Positions 30,257 through 40,254 are shown, counted from the first letter of the stretch. The stretch is 64,000 nt of DNA from an uncultured Gemmatimonadales bacterium (GCA_963798085.1 CAWCRS010000002.1:32001-96000); one strand, 5' to 3'. Notes: a model not told the origin generated them from the letters alone. Program-made: numbers and translations.

Positions 30257-30508
30257 GACGGATTCCACGACGTTGCTGGGGCTGCGGCTCGGGCTGGGGC
30301 TGGGAACTCACGGCTTGTCGGCGTGCCGGTCGGCCGTGGCTCCCGATTGCGGGACGTCCGGCTGCAGTGAACGGCGGCTGCTAACAGCTCGTTCACGCAG
30401 CCCCACTCGCCGCGAACCGGATCAGCCGTGTCCCCGGCCCCAGCAACGCAGTGGAATCCGTCTTGCCGTTCCCCAGCCCCAGCCCGAGCCCCCGCCTCAG
30501 CAACGTCG
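30257..30508. repeat. Family A inverted-repeat element (one G-rich arm, two C-rich arms)
   Basis: CGACGTTGCTGGGGCTGCGGCTCGGGCTGGGGCTGGGAAC (30268-30307) pairs with 30468-30508; GACGGATTCCAC..GTTGCTGGGGC (from 30257) also pairs with ~30432-30461. Confidence 0.85.
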
Positions 30509-30519
30509 TTCGGTAAGCC

Positions 30520-31703
30520 CTAAACGACGTACTTCAACCCACTCCCCGTGTTGAACAGCACCACCTCGTCGTCCGGCCTGATGACGCCCCGCGTGAGCAG
30601 TGGCGCGACCGCGGCGGCGGCCGCGCCGCCTTCGGGGGCGGCGAAGATGCCGGTCGTTGCGCCAATGAGCGCGACTGCGTCGGCCATGGCTTCGTCGCTC
30701 ACGGCCACGGCGGCGCCGCCCGATTCCCGCAGCGCCTGCAGCATGAGGAAATCGCCCACCGCGCGCGGCACGCGCAGTCCGGACGCGTACGTGTGCGCGT
30801 CGGCCCACGGCTCCGCGAATTCATCGCCCCGCTCCCAGGCGCGCACCACGGGCGCACAGCCCGTGGCCTGCACCGAGATCATGCGCGGCCGCTCGCTGCC
30901 CATCCAGCCGAGCGTCTGCATTTCCTGAAACGCCTTCCACATGCCCGACCAGGCCCGTGCCTCCGCCTGTGGGATACACGATGACGTCGGGCAGCCGGCC
31001 ATTCAGCTGCTCGAACAGCTCGTAGCCCATGGTCTTCTTGCCTTCGACGCGGTACGGCTCCTTGAGCGTGGACAGGTCAAACCACCCGTTAGCCGCACAC
31101 CCCTCGGCAACGCCGCCGGCCCGCATCGGTGATGAGCCCGTCGATCAGCTCCAGGTCGGCACCCAGCGCGCGGATTTCCTCGAGGATCGGCTTCGGTGTA
31201 TCCCGTGGCACCACGACATGCGCCGGAATCCCCGCCGCCGCCGCGTACGCCGCGGTGGCTGAACCCGCGTTCCCCGCTGAAGGGATTGCCACTGCCTGCA
31301 CCCCCAGCTCTCTCGCCCTCGCCACCGCCATGGCCAGCCCCCTCGCCTTGAAGCTGCCCGTCGGATTCTGGCCTTCGTCCTTGACGAGCACCCGCCTCAC
31401 TCCCAGTGACTGAGCCAGCCGCGGCGCGTCGATCAGCGGCGTGAAGCCTTCACCAAGCGTCAGTCGACCGCCTTCGCTCCGCACCGGCAGCACTTCCGCG
31501 TAACGCCACATGGTAGGCTCGCGCCCCGCCAGCACTTCCGGTCGGAACCCGCCCGCCAGCGCCGCCAGATCGTAGCGCGCATAGAGCGGCTTCTCGCAAC
31601 AGGGCGAAAGTCGCCACAGCCGCTCGCTCTCGTACCGCTTGCCGCACCGCGTGCACTCCAGATGCGTCGCCCCCAGCGCCTCTTTCGGTTCCGTGCGTGG
31701 CAC
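30520..31703 (-). CDS. thrC: Threonine synthase, frameshifts near 31125 and 30960
   Basis: HLECTRCG, LGEGFTPL, KDEGQNPTGSFKARG, SAGNAG, KEPYRVEGKKTMGYE, YPTGGGTG, FNTGSGLKY. Confidence 0.92.
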
Positions 31704-32174
31704 TCGTCCTCCCATCGTGTTATTGCGAGTTCACACTCATGATCACGGGCGACGACCCCGTTCCTCTCCCGTCGCCTGTTCTCGATCATCCCTGAAGTCA
31801 ATACGCGCGTGTCGTGAACGCGCACGAGTCCTTTTCCGACCCGTCCCCTTCACATCCCAACGAACACCTCGCGCATGCCGCATCCACCCCGTCCCCATGC
31901 ACCCGCCCATCAACCCTCCCACGCCTCCTCCTCCGACCCCTCTCCCTTCCCGTCTCCCGGCCCAAACCCTCGCCCAGCGCCTTAAGCGAACCCATCGCCC
32001 GCACATCGCCGGCCGGCAGACTCCGAGCCCGCTCCCCTCGCATGGCAAAGAAAGCGCGACGAAAATGCCCTCTCCTCTTCCCTCCGGAAAGCGCTTCCGG
32101 CAGCGGGGGGCACCCCGCGCCATCCCGAAGCGTAAAGCGGCGGCAGCGGTAGCGGTGTATCCAGCGAGGGACAG

Positions 32175-32203
32175 CAACCCCGCCCGCACTGCCGGGATCA
32201 TAA
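32175..32203 (+). promoter_or_regulatory. Possible ECF-type promoter upstream of the sigma gene
   Basis: GCAACC-N16-GATCATA; a similarly spaced GCAACC-N16-CCTCCAA lies upstream of the second ECF gene. Confidence 0.3.
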
Positions 32204-32250
32204 ACGGCGACAGGACCGCCCGGCGCGACGACCCGGAAAAAACAGAGCGA

Positions 32251-32803
32251 ATGCAGCTGGAATCCGAGTACATCAGGCGGGCCCGCAAAGGCGATGGCGA
32301 GGCTGTGCGCGAGCTGTATCGGCGCTACGCACCCCGCGTCTATGCCGTGGTCCGGCGGCTGGCCGGCGATGATGCGCTGGCGGAGGACTGGGCGCAGGAA
32401 GCCTGGGTGCGCGCCATTCGCGCGCTGCCCGGATTCCGCGGCGATGCCCGCTTCTCCACCTGGCTGCACCGCATCGCCGTTAACAGCGCATTACACGGGC
32501 GGCGCTGGCGCGACCGCCGCACCCGCAACGAAGTGCAGCTGCCCGCGGTGCTGCCCGGTGCACGCGCCGATCAGACGGCGCTGCGCCTCAGTCTCGAGCA
32601 GGCCATGCAGCAGTTGCCCGACGGCATGCGCCAGGTGCTGGTGCTGCATGACGTGGAAGGCTACACGCACGAGGAGATCGGCACATTCCTCGGCGTCACG
32701 CCCGGAACCTCGAAGAGTCAGCTGTTCAAGGCCCGGGCCCGCATGCGCAAGCTGCTGCGCTCCGCGCAGGAATTCGAATGGAGAGGAAGCATGCAACATT
32801 TGA
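32251..32803 (+). CDS. ECF RNA polymerase sigma factor (probable frameshift near the 3' end)
   Basis: AEDWAQEAWVRA, FRGDARFSTWLHRIAVN, VLVLHDVEGYTHEEIG..GTSKSQLFKAR. Confidence 0.92.
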
Positions 32804-33488
32804 TGATCGAGACGATCGCCCGCCTGGTCGATGAGCGCGCCATCGCCTGAAGAGGCGGCGCATCTCGCCGACTGCGACGCGTGCCGCACCGAACTCGAGG
32901 CCATGCGCGCGGACGCCGCTGCGCTCGCTGATCTGCCCATGATCGAGCCGCCGCCCACGGAGTGGCCGCAGCTCGAGGAGCGCCTGCTCGAGGAAGGCCT
33001 CATCCGGCGGCGCGCAGGCGAACGCCGCTGGCAGAGTAGCGCACTGCGCACGGCGGCCAGCATCGCCCTGTTCGCGCTGGGCGCGGCATCGGGCATTGCA
33101 TGGACGCGTGTCGACCGGCCGCTCGGCCTCACGCCCATCAGCGGCGGCGCGTCGCCGCTGATGCTGGGCCAGATCGAATGCCGCCACGCCCACCATCATT
33201 GCGGCCACGGCGCCGGCTTCGCCGGAAGAAACCATCCAGCTCTACCGCCAGGCGGAAGCGTTATACATGGACATGGTGACGCGCGTGTCCGAGATGGAAG
33301 ACCAGCGCCCCGGTGCTGATCCCGTTGCCCGCCTGGCCACGCTCGAGAGCATTGCCGCGATCACACGCTCGGCGCTCGATCAGGCGCCCGCGGATCCCAT
33401 AATCAACGGTTATCATCTCACGGCGCTCGCACAGAAGGAAGCAACCCTGCGACAGATCGCGGCGTCGAAGAATGGCAAATGGTTCTGA
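32791..33488 (+). CDS. Zinc-binding (HxxxCxxC) transmembrane anti-sigma factor, frameshifted
   Basis: MQHL..EEAAHLADCDACRTEL, TM AASIALFALGAASGIAW, C-terminal helical domain RLATLESIAAITRSALDQAPADPIINGY. Confidence 0.8.
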
Positions 33489-33504
33489 TAACGGAGTGAT
33501 AGTC

Positions 33505-34662
33505 ATGAAACACAACCGCTCATTCGTCCTGATCGCACTGCTGCTGGCGCTGGGCGCGCAGCAGGCGGCAGCGCAGCGCGGTGGCGCGATCGCGCAGCGC
33601 GCCGCTTCGCCGGCACAGCGACGCGGCTACCTCGGATTCTCCTATGACCCGATCACCATCCGCCTGGCGGGCCAGCCGCGCGCCGCCGTCGAAGTGGTGG
33701 ACGTAGTGCGCAACTCGCCCGCCGAGCAGGCGGGACTGCAGGTCGGTGACACCATTGTCAGCATCAATGACATCCGTGTCAGCGAAGAATTCCTCAGCTC
33801 GCTGGGCACCACGCTCGCGCCCGGTGATGCCGTGCGCCTGCGCGTGCGCCGCGCCGGTCGGGATCGCGATCTGAACGTCGAAGCCGCGCCTCGCCCGGCC
33901 GACTACGACACGCCGCCTGACTTCAACCGCAGCTGGTCCTTCGAAGTGAGCCCCGACTCCATCCGCCGGCGCATGCGCATCTACCTCGACTCCGCGCGCA
34001 TCAGCCTGGACAGTCTGCACCTGCCCAGGCTGCGCGTCGAGCGCCTGCCCGGTGGCGGCAGCGTGTACATGTACAGCGACACGGGTCGCGTGAAGTTCTT
34101 CCCCATGGACAGCACGCTCTTCCGGCGCGACGGCGGCGGCTTCTGGATGTTCCCGCCTGACAGCGCATTTCGCTTCCGCTCGGACAGCTTGCTGCTGCGC
34201 GCGCTGCCCGGCAAAGGCTTCTTCTCGTTCGACGGCGACAGTCTCATGCGCATGCGTTTCGACACCCTGCGCATGAAACTCGGCGAGCTGCCGCGCGGCC
34301 GCATCTACGGCCTCAATGGCGACAGTCTGTTCCAGTTCCAGCCGGGTCCCGACCGCGGCTTCGGCGTGGGCATCCTCGGCATGCGCGCGGTGGGCGGCGC
34401 CGAGCTGACCGACCTGAATCCCGACCTGGGCGAGTATTTCGGCGCCGACCAGGGCGTGCTGGTGGTGCGCGTGCCCAATGGCACGCCGGCCGAGCACGCG
34501 GGCCTCGAGGCGGGTGACGTCATCGTCAGCGCCAACGGCCGCGACGTCTCCTCCGTCGCCGAGCTGCGCCGTGCCATTGCCTCGGCCTCGTCCCGTGCCA
34601 ACATCCGGCTCGAGATCATTCGCAAGAAGGCGCACCGCACCATCGACCTGCGCCAGGACTGA
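33505..34662 (+). CDS. Exported protein with two PDZ domains and no recognisable protease domain
   Basis: Signal peptide; RGYLGFSY..VVRNSPAEQAGLQVGDTIVSIN; GVLVVRVPNGTPAEHAGLEAGDVIVSANG. Confidence 0.88.
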   Translation: MKHNRSFVLIALLLALGAQQAAAQRGGAIAQRAASPAQRRGYLGFSYDPITIRLAGQPRAAVEVVDVVRNSPAEQAGLQVGDTIVSINDIRVSEEFLSSLGTTLAPGDAVRLRVRRAGRDRDLNVEAAPRPADYDTPPDFNRSWSFEVSPDSIRRRMRIYLDSARISLDSLHLPRLRVERLPGGGSVYMYSDTGRVKFFPMDSTLFRRDGGGFWMFPPDSAFRFRSDSLLLRALPGKGFFSFDGDSLMRMRFDTLRMKLGELPRGRIYGLNGDSLFQFQPGPDRGFGVGILGMRAVGGAELTDLNPDLGEYFGADQGVLVVRVPNGTPAEHAGLEAGDVIVSANGRDVSSVAELRRAIASASSRANIRLEIIRKKAHRTIDLRQD

Positions 34663-34761
34663 GGGGTCGGCGCCGCCCTCCGGTCCCCTCCAGGGCGCAC
34701 GACCCGGCCCCCGTCCGTCGCGGCATTTTGCGCGGCGGGCGGGGGTCCTTACTTTGCCACT

Positions 34762-35751
34762 GTGTCGAAACAACCACGCGTCAATGACATCATCACACCC
34801 GAGTCGTTCGCGGTCGCGCCCGGACTGCTCGGTCTGCCACTGGCCAAGCCATGGCGACGCGCGTGCGCTTTCCTCTTCGACCTGATTCCCGTCGCCATAC
34901 TCTCGAAGGCCGGCGTCGTCTGGTTCCTCGCGTTCCTCGCAGCCACGCTCGTCTGGCGAGGCCTCTCGTACGGCAGCGGCCGCGCGGGTCCGGGACTGCC
35001 CGCGTTCGCGCGCGCAGGCATGGGCTTCCTCGCACTCATCGCAGTCCTGAGAGTGGGCGGCGCACTGCGCCGCGATGTGAAGAAGCTCGAAGGCGACGAC
35101 GCGAATCCACCATCCGCCGATTCCATTGCCCGCATCGTCAGTTCGGCAATGGCAACGGCGGGCGTATCCGGCGCGGTGCCAGGCCTCGACGCTCTTCCTG
35201 CCAATGCATCGCTGCACGGCGATACCACGCTGCTGCACTTCGCGCAGGCCCTGCTCGCCGGCGACACCAGCCGCGTCCGCGCGCTGCGCGCCGGCGCGGA
35301 GACCGCGATGCACGCTTCGCAGCCTGATTGGGCCGCGACGGGAATGGCCGACCTGGCACGTCGTAATGAGGAGTTAAAGAAGGAGAACGATCGTCTGAAG
35401 AAGCAGAGCGCCTCGCCGCACGGCATCAAGGCCGTCATCTCCGCCATGCTGGATGACCTGGGCATTGGCTTCGGCTGGGGCGCCCTCTACTTCACCACAC
35501 TGCTGGTGCTGGGCCATGGACAGACGCCCGGCAAGCGATTCATGGGCATCCGTGTGATCCGCCTCGACGCCGAGCCCATCGGCTGGTGGATGGCCTTTGA
35601 GCGCTTCGGCAGCTACTTCGCGTCCTTGTCTACGGGCCTGCTCGGGTTCGCCCAGATCTTCTGGGACCGGAATCGCCAGGCACTGCACGACAAGTGCGTG
35701 GAGTCCGTGGTGATCCGTGTGCAGCCGGGAGCACCCGCGGCGGCCGACTGA
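34762..35751 (+). CDS. RDD family membrane protein
   Basis: LAKPWRRACAFLFD, GQTPGKRFMGIRV, DRNRQALHDK. Confidence 0.88.
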   Translation: MSKQPRVNDIITPESFAVAPGLLGLPLAKPWRRACAFLFDLIPVAILSKAGVVWFLAFLAATLVWRGLSYGSGRAGPGLPAFARAGMGFLALIAVLRVGGALRRDVKKLEGDDANPPSADSIARIVSSAMATAGVSGAVPGLDALPANASLHGDTTLLHFAQALLAGDTSRVRALRAGAETAMHASQPDWAATGMADLARRNEELKKENDRLKKQSASPHGIKAVISAMLDDLGIGFGWGALYFTTLLVLGHGQTPGKRFMGIRVIRLDAEPIGWWMAFERFGSYFASLSTGLLGFAQIFWDRNRQALHDKCVESVVIRVQPGAPAAAD

Positions 35752-35772
35752 GCAGCGCTCCCGCTGGACCCA

Positions 35773-37110
35773 TCAATGCCGCAACACCCGCAACAGTCGC
35801 TCGGCCGCGCGCTCCCCGCTCATCACTGCTCCTTCCACGGTGGGCGCCACCAGATAGTCCCCGGCCAGGGCGACGCGCTCCGGCAACCATTCTTGCTTCA
35901 GCCGCACCAGGTGACGGATGTAGCCGGGATAGAACTGCGTGTGACTCTCTGGATGGCGGTAGACCTTCATCGCGCGCGCGTTGCGCGAAAGACCCGGCAA
36001 CACAGCGTCCAGAGCCGGCAGCATCTGCGCCGGCACGTCGTCGGGTGCGGCCGCAAGCAGCTCCTGCACGGCGGCGGGAGCTGACAGCAGGAGCACCGCG
36101 CCCCGGTCTGCTGGCACCTGTCCTGTCGCCTTCGAGGATGGCAGACACACTGCGGCCACGCGTGCACCGGCCCGCGTGCGCCGTGGCAGGCCCAGACCGA
36201 ACCAGCCGGCACGCACCGGCCTCTCGGTCACTACTGCCAGCGTCAACGCGCCGGCCACACGCACGCCCTCCAGCCACGACTGCATCTCGGCCGCGCCATC
36301 GAGCAGCGCGCGGGATGCTGCCGCCGGCACTGCCAGCACGACGGCACTGTAACGCGCATCGTCGCCTGCCGACGTCAGTGTTATGCCATGCGCGTCGGCG
36401 TGCATGCCCTCGACACTGGTGTCCAGCCGCATCGTGACACCGGCTGTTTCCAGCGCAGCCGCCAGTGCGGCCGTCAGCGCGCCCGTACCGCCCCGGACCG
36501 CGTACAGCTTCACGTCCAGCCCGACACGCGCCAGCGCGTGATAGAACGCCGCGCTGCTGCCCTCGGGAGTGGCGCCGTGGTAGGCGGCAAGGAACGGATA
36601 TGCCAGCAACTCGACAAACTCGTCGCCGAGCTCGCGCAGACCCCATGCACCAATCGATTCGTCGTCCAGCGCAGCGCCGCCACTGCCCGCCAGATCGTTG
36701 ACATCGAGACCACGGCAATGCGTGCTGAGGTACGTCAGGTACCGCGTCGCGAGTCGCAGCTTGAGTCCAAGGGGCAGTGCGGATGAGGCCGCCATACTGG
36801 TTACGGAGCCGTACCCAATGGCGTGGATCTCCTGTTCCCGCCACAGCGCATCCCGCCCGGACGTGCGCACCAGTAGTCGCTCTGCCGCTATCTCGTGCAG
36901 AAGCTGCCGCAAGCGGGTGTAATTCGAGCCGATCATCTGCACCGCGGTATCAACCACTACGCCGTCCAGAAGCTCGCTCCGCACATTGCCGCCCATCGTG
37001 TCCAGCCGTTCGTAGATCTCGACGCGCTGCCCGGCTTTCACCAGCCGCCAGGCCGCCGCCAATCCCGCCGGCCCTCCACCCACCACGGCTACTGTGCCCG
37101 TCGCCGGCAT
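35773..37110 (-). CDS. FAD-dependent oxidoreductase (HemY / amine oxidase-like)
   Basis: VAVVGGGPAGLAAAW..E..GG Rossmann motif; LAGDYL..TVEGAVMSG C-terminus. Confidence 0.85.
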   Translation of the reverse strand: MPATGTVAVVGGGPAGLAAAWRLVKAGQRVEIYERLDTMGGNVRSELLDGVVVDTAVQMIGSNYTRLRQLLHEIAAERLLVRTSGRDALWREQEIHAIGYGSVTSMAASSALPLGLKLRLATRYLTYLSTHCRGLDVNDLAGSGGAALDDESIGAWGLRELGDEFVELLAYPFLAAYHGATPEGSSAAFYHALARVGLDVKLYAVRGGTGALTAALAAALETAGVTMRLDTSVEGMHADAHGITLTSAGDDARYSAVVLAVPAAASRALLDGAAEMQSWLEGVRVAGALTLAVVTERPVRAGWFGLGLPRRTRAGARVAAVCLPSSKATGQVPADRGAVLLLSAPAAVQELLAAAPDDVPAQMLPALDAVLPGLSRNARAMKVYRHPESHTQFYPGYIRHLVRLKQEWLPERVALAGDYLVAPTVEGAVMSGERAAERLLRVLRH

Positions 37111-37148
37111 CGCACGATCACGTCATGCGCCCGCTCACGGCCCCGCAG

Positions 37149-37184
37149 AAAAAAAGGCGTCGGTGGCCTGTCGCCACCGACGCC
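37149..37184 (-). terminator. Intrinsic terminator
   Basis: Minus strand GGCGTCGGTGGC-GACAG-GCCACCGACGCC-TTTTTTT. Confidence 0.88.
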
Positions 37185-37223
37185 CCTCTCGGGCTCCGGT
37201 CGTTGCTGTCTGCTGCTCTGGTG

Positions 37224-37394
37224 CTACGCCGCGCTTCGCCGCCCGAACGGTATGGCCGGGACGGGCCGCACTTTGCCACCCCAGATGAACGCCGCGACCG
37301 TTGGCCGGCGCGGCGGCTCGAATCCCAATCGGATCACGATACCGGGCACCACGGGCGGCTTCCGCTTCGCCGGAAGCTCGCGCTTCCCATCCAT
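37224..37394 (-). CDS. Small basic protein (56 aa)
   Basis: Strong RBS GAGGAGGAG before ATG 37394 and its own terminator downstream; MDGKRELPAKRKPPVVPGIVIRLGFEPPRRPTVAAFIWGGKVRP. Confidence 0.7.
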   Translation of the reverse strand: MDGKRELPAKRKPPVVPGIVIRLGFEPPRRPTVAAFIWGGKVRPVPAIPFGRRSAA

Positions 37395-37550
37395 TGCTCC
37401 TCCTCGAGTCTGACACGCCGGCCGCAAGTCCGTAAGCGGCAGGCACGAGCGCGCCGCACGTGAAATCACGGCGCTCCCACTCTTCAGGCAGGGAATAGAC
37501 CAGAGCCGAGCGACGGGCGTAAGTCAATGTACTGCAAACGGTTGCGCTGA

Positions 37551-37859
37551 TCAGCTGACAGCGCGCGCGCCCCCGAGCGTCCGCTTTCGTGATCGCACCT
37601 GCGTGTCGGTCCGACACAAACGCTGCCACGCACGGAAGTCGGGCAGTCGCAGCCGCTCGAGCAGCAACGCGTCGACCGCATCGCAAAGCAGGATTTCGGT
37701 GAGCGGGTACTGGCCATCCGGTGCATGGAAGAGTTGCTGCACCGCCTCCTCGGCAAGGTCGAGGAGTTCGTCGCGGGTCAGGCTCGACTTGTATTCCTCG
37801 AGCTGGTCCTCGACCCACAACAGATATTGCTGGCGTGGCATGGCATCGGGTGCCGTCAT
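37551..37859 (-). CDS. Hypothetical helical protein
   Basis: QQYLLWVEDQLEEYKSSLTRDELLDLAEEAV..LTEILLCDAVD; protein-like composition, co-oriented with neighbours. Confidence 0.75.
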   Translation of the reverse strand: MTAPDAMPRQQYLLWVEDQLEEYKSSLTRDELLDLAEEAVQQLFHAPDGQYPLTEILLCDAVDALLLERLRLPDFRAWQRLCRTDTQVRSRKRTLGGARAVS

Positions 37860-37978
37860 CGTGCGGAAAGTGTACGGTTGCGCGCGCGTGCGCACAAGAA
37901 CGACAATGACGTGATCGCAATACAGTGTTGGGTCCCAACGCGCTGTTTAGATGATGGGCAGGCGGCGGGCTCAGATCA

Positions 37979-38632
37979 TCAGGGTGTCGGTTTCGCTCCA
38001 TTGCCGCACGTGCGCCTGCGATCGGCGGTGATCTGGCGCGTGAGCGCGGAGTCGGCCTGAAGTTGCACCGCTCGTGCGAGCGTCTGGCAGGCGGCCTCGC
38101 GCCGTCCGCTCAGCGCCTGCGCGCGTGACAGCCAGAGGAAGCCTTCCGTGCGATGGGGACTGTTCGGGTAGTCGTTGACGAGACGTTCGAGGTAACCCGC
38201 CGCGCGGGCTGCGGCGTCTGGCGACTTTCCGGTGCTGGCCGCAGCGCTGAGCCCCTGACCGAGGCGAAGCAGCGCCAGCGAGGCCGCGTCCGAGACCGGA
38301 TAGCCAAGCGCGACGCCGAGGTAGGCCGCCTGGGCGGCATCCCAGGTGGCTGCAAGCCTGGCCTCGAGCAGAAGCGCGTGCGCACGCATGGCGTCGGTGG
38401 TACGCGGGTCGCCTTTCGGATGCGTCGCGTTCCACTGCGCGAACGCATCGCGGGCCTGTGACATGCGCCCGGCATCGATCAGCGCAGTAATGCCGGAGAA
38501 TCCCGTGTCGGCAGCCATGGCGCGCTGGCGCGCCAGCACAGGCCGGCAGAGCAGTGGCACCGCGAGCAGCGGAAAGAGCGCGGCGCAATGCCGCCAGTGA
38601 GTCCTCGTGTGTGGGCTGCGTGGCGGAGTCAT
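37979..38632 (-). CDS. Exported TPR-like protein
   Basis: Signal-like N-terminus, ALGYP..ALLRLGQ, YLERLVNDYPNSP TPR-type motifs; start overlaps the holA stop. Confidence 0.7.
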   Translation of the reverse strand: MTPPRSPHTRTHWRHCAALFPLLAVPLLCRPVLARQRAMAADTGFSGITALIDAGRMSQARDAFAQWNATHPKGDPRTTDAMRAHALLLEARLAATWDAAQAAYLGVALGYPVSDAASLALLRLGQGLSAAASTGKSPDAAARAAGYLERLVNDYPNSPHRTEGFLWLSRAQALSGRREAACQTLARAVQLQADSALTRQITADRRRTCGNGAKPTP

Positions 38633-39636
38633 GCGGCTGCCGTGTGACGGCTTTCCAGGCGCAGCAGAAGTTCCTCCATGACGCGGTGCTCTTCGAGTGA
38701 GCTGGACTTGAGCAGGCGGTCTGCGCGCTGCACATCATCGAGGGCGGCATCGAGACGAATGAGGGACCAGGAGCGAGCCTGGCGCGCGAGCCGCGAAGCC
38801 AGCCAGCGCTGGTGCGGCGGCAGAATCTCGAGCGTGGCTCTCTCGCCGCCCGTGAGCGCGACCCCGATACGCAGCAGCTGGGAACCAAGGCCGGCCAGCA
38901 GGCCCACGGCGTTGTCGGCCTCCAGCAACGTTGCCAGGGCGTGACGCGCATCGACGAAGCGCGCATCGCCCACCAGATCGAACCAGTCCCAGCGATTGTG
39001 GCGCGGAACGTAGCCAACGAGTGCACGAACGTCCTCGACTTCGATCCGCTTCCGGTCGGCTGCGTAATCCGTGAGCTTGTGCAGCTCCTGCACGAGTCGG
39101 CCCAGCTCCGGCCCGGCAGCAGCGGCCAGTGCGCGCGCCGCCCCCGGCTCGAGCGTGACGCCCGCGTCGGCGGCGTGGCGGATCAGCCAGTCCGGCAGTT
39201 CCCCCTGGGGCAGCGCATTGACGCGGCAGTCCATCGCGTTCTTCGCCAGCTGTTGCCAGATGCGCGGAGTGTTCTTCTCGTCGATCTGGGCGACAACGAC
39301 GAACGCCAGCCCGGGGAGTTTCCGATTGATCAGCAGTTCGAGAACAGAGCGGGCACGGGCGTTGGCTGCGAGCGCCTGCGCCTCACGCACCACGACGACG
39401 CGCCACTCGGCGAGCATGGGCGGCGTCTGACACACGGATGCCAGTGTTTCGGGATCGAGTCCCGGACCCCTCAGCTGGTCGAGATTGAAATCGCGTGTGG
39501 CGGGATCGAGGTGCGCCGCGATGAGCAGCTGCACCGCCTCTTCCTTGAGGTACTCCTCGTCGCCGTGCAGGAACCATGTGCCGCCCCGCTCTCCGCGCGC
39601 GACCGCCTTCCGCAGTGCGTCGACGGTGAGAGGCAC
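38629..39636 (-). CDS. holA: DNA polymerase III delta subunit
   Basis: FLHGDEEYLKEE, RDFNLD, TPPMLAEWRVVVVR, ELHKL, ADRLLKSS. Confidence 0.92.
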   Translation of the reverse strand: MPLTVDALRKAVARGERGGTWFLHGDEEYLKEEAVQLLIAAHLDPATRDFNLDQLRGPGLDPETLASVCQTPPMLAEWRVVVVREAQALAANARARSVLELLINRKLPGLAFVVVAQIDEKNTPRIWQQLAKNAMDCRVNALPQGELPDWLIRHAADAGVTLEPGAARALAAAAGPELGRLVQELHKLTDYAADRKRIEVEDVRALVGYVPRHNRWDWFDLVGDARFVDARHALATLLEADNAVGLLAGLGSQLLRIGVALTGGERATLEILPPHQRWLASRLARQARSWSLIRLDAALDDVQRADRLLKSSSLEEHRVMEELLLRLESRHTAAA

Positions 39637-39639
39637 GGG

Positions 39640-40254
39640 TCAGTTGGGCCGGACGATCCCGGTGAGGACGGTGCGGCCGCCCGTGTTGTGCAGCGGTGGC
39701 ATGATGCGGAGCGGCGAGTACGGACCCGGGAAGGGATCGCTCACCGTGGGCGGCCGCAGCGGCGCGCGGCCCGGACTCATGGGCCCGTACCACCAGTCCC
39801 AGTCGTCATCCGTGCGCACCACGCTGTTGCGGTTGCTAACCTGCTGTTCGGGCTCCGCCGCCAGCGCGGTCACGGTGCTCGTGCGGCTATTGGCGGGGTG
39901 CGAGAAGAGCGGGCTCCACGCGACCAGCGCCACCATTCCGGCGAGCGCCAGGGCGAGAGCCGTACCGGACTGTGCGGCCCTGCGATGCTGCGACACTTCT
40001 TCGTCCACCGCACGCATGCGTGCGTGCAGACGGAATTCGAAGCCCGGTGTCGGCTCTACCGGGCTCAGCGCCTGGACTTCACTCAGCCCGCGACTGAGCA
40101 CGCGCAGGTAACGCGCGCAGGCCGCGCACTGCTCCACGTGAGCGCGCAGACGCGCGCTGTCGGCGGTGGACAGCACCTGGTCAATGTACTCACCTGCAAG
40201 CTGTATGCAGTCGTCGCAGGTGAGTGGTGCAACGTGCGGAACCATGCTCGACAC
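39640..40254 (-). CDS. zf-HC2 transmembrane anti-sigma factor
   Basis: LTCDDC..EYIDQVL..HVEQCAACARY followed by a TM helix. Confidence 0.85.
   Translation of the reverse strand: MSSMVPHVAPLTCDDCIQLAGEYIDQVLSTADSARLRAHVEQCAACARYLRVLSRGLSEVQALSPVEPTPGFEFRLHARMRAVDEEVSQHRRAAQSGTALALALAGMVALVAWSPLFSHPANSRTSTVTALAAEPEQQVSNRNSVVRTDDDWDWWYGPMSPGRAPLRPPTVSDPFPGPYSPLRIMPPLHNTGGRTVLTGIVRPN

Noticed and set aside
6312..30508. Family A repeats as a CRISPR array
   Set aside because: Copies are dispersed, inverted and degenerate, with no regular repeat-spacer period and no cas genes.
31860..32000. C-rich low-complexity tract
   Set aside because: No periodic unit, convincing ORF or recognisable RNA motif; treated as intergenic sequence between divergent genes.
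31639..32850. 403-aa ECF sigma with long N-terminal extension and fused anti-sigma start
   Set aside because: The upstream part is low-complexity intergenic sequence; the sigma domain starts at 32251 and the 3' run-on is best explained by an indel.
37310..37335. tRNA T-loop-like GGCTCGAATCCC
   Set aside because: No cloverleaf can be built around it, and it lies within the small minus-strand CDS.
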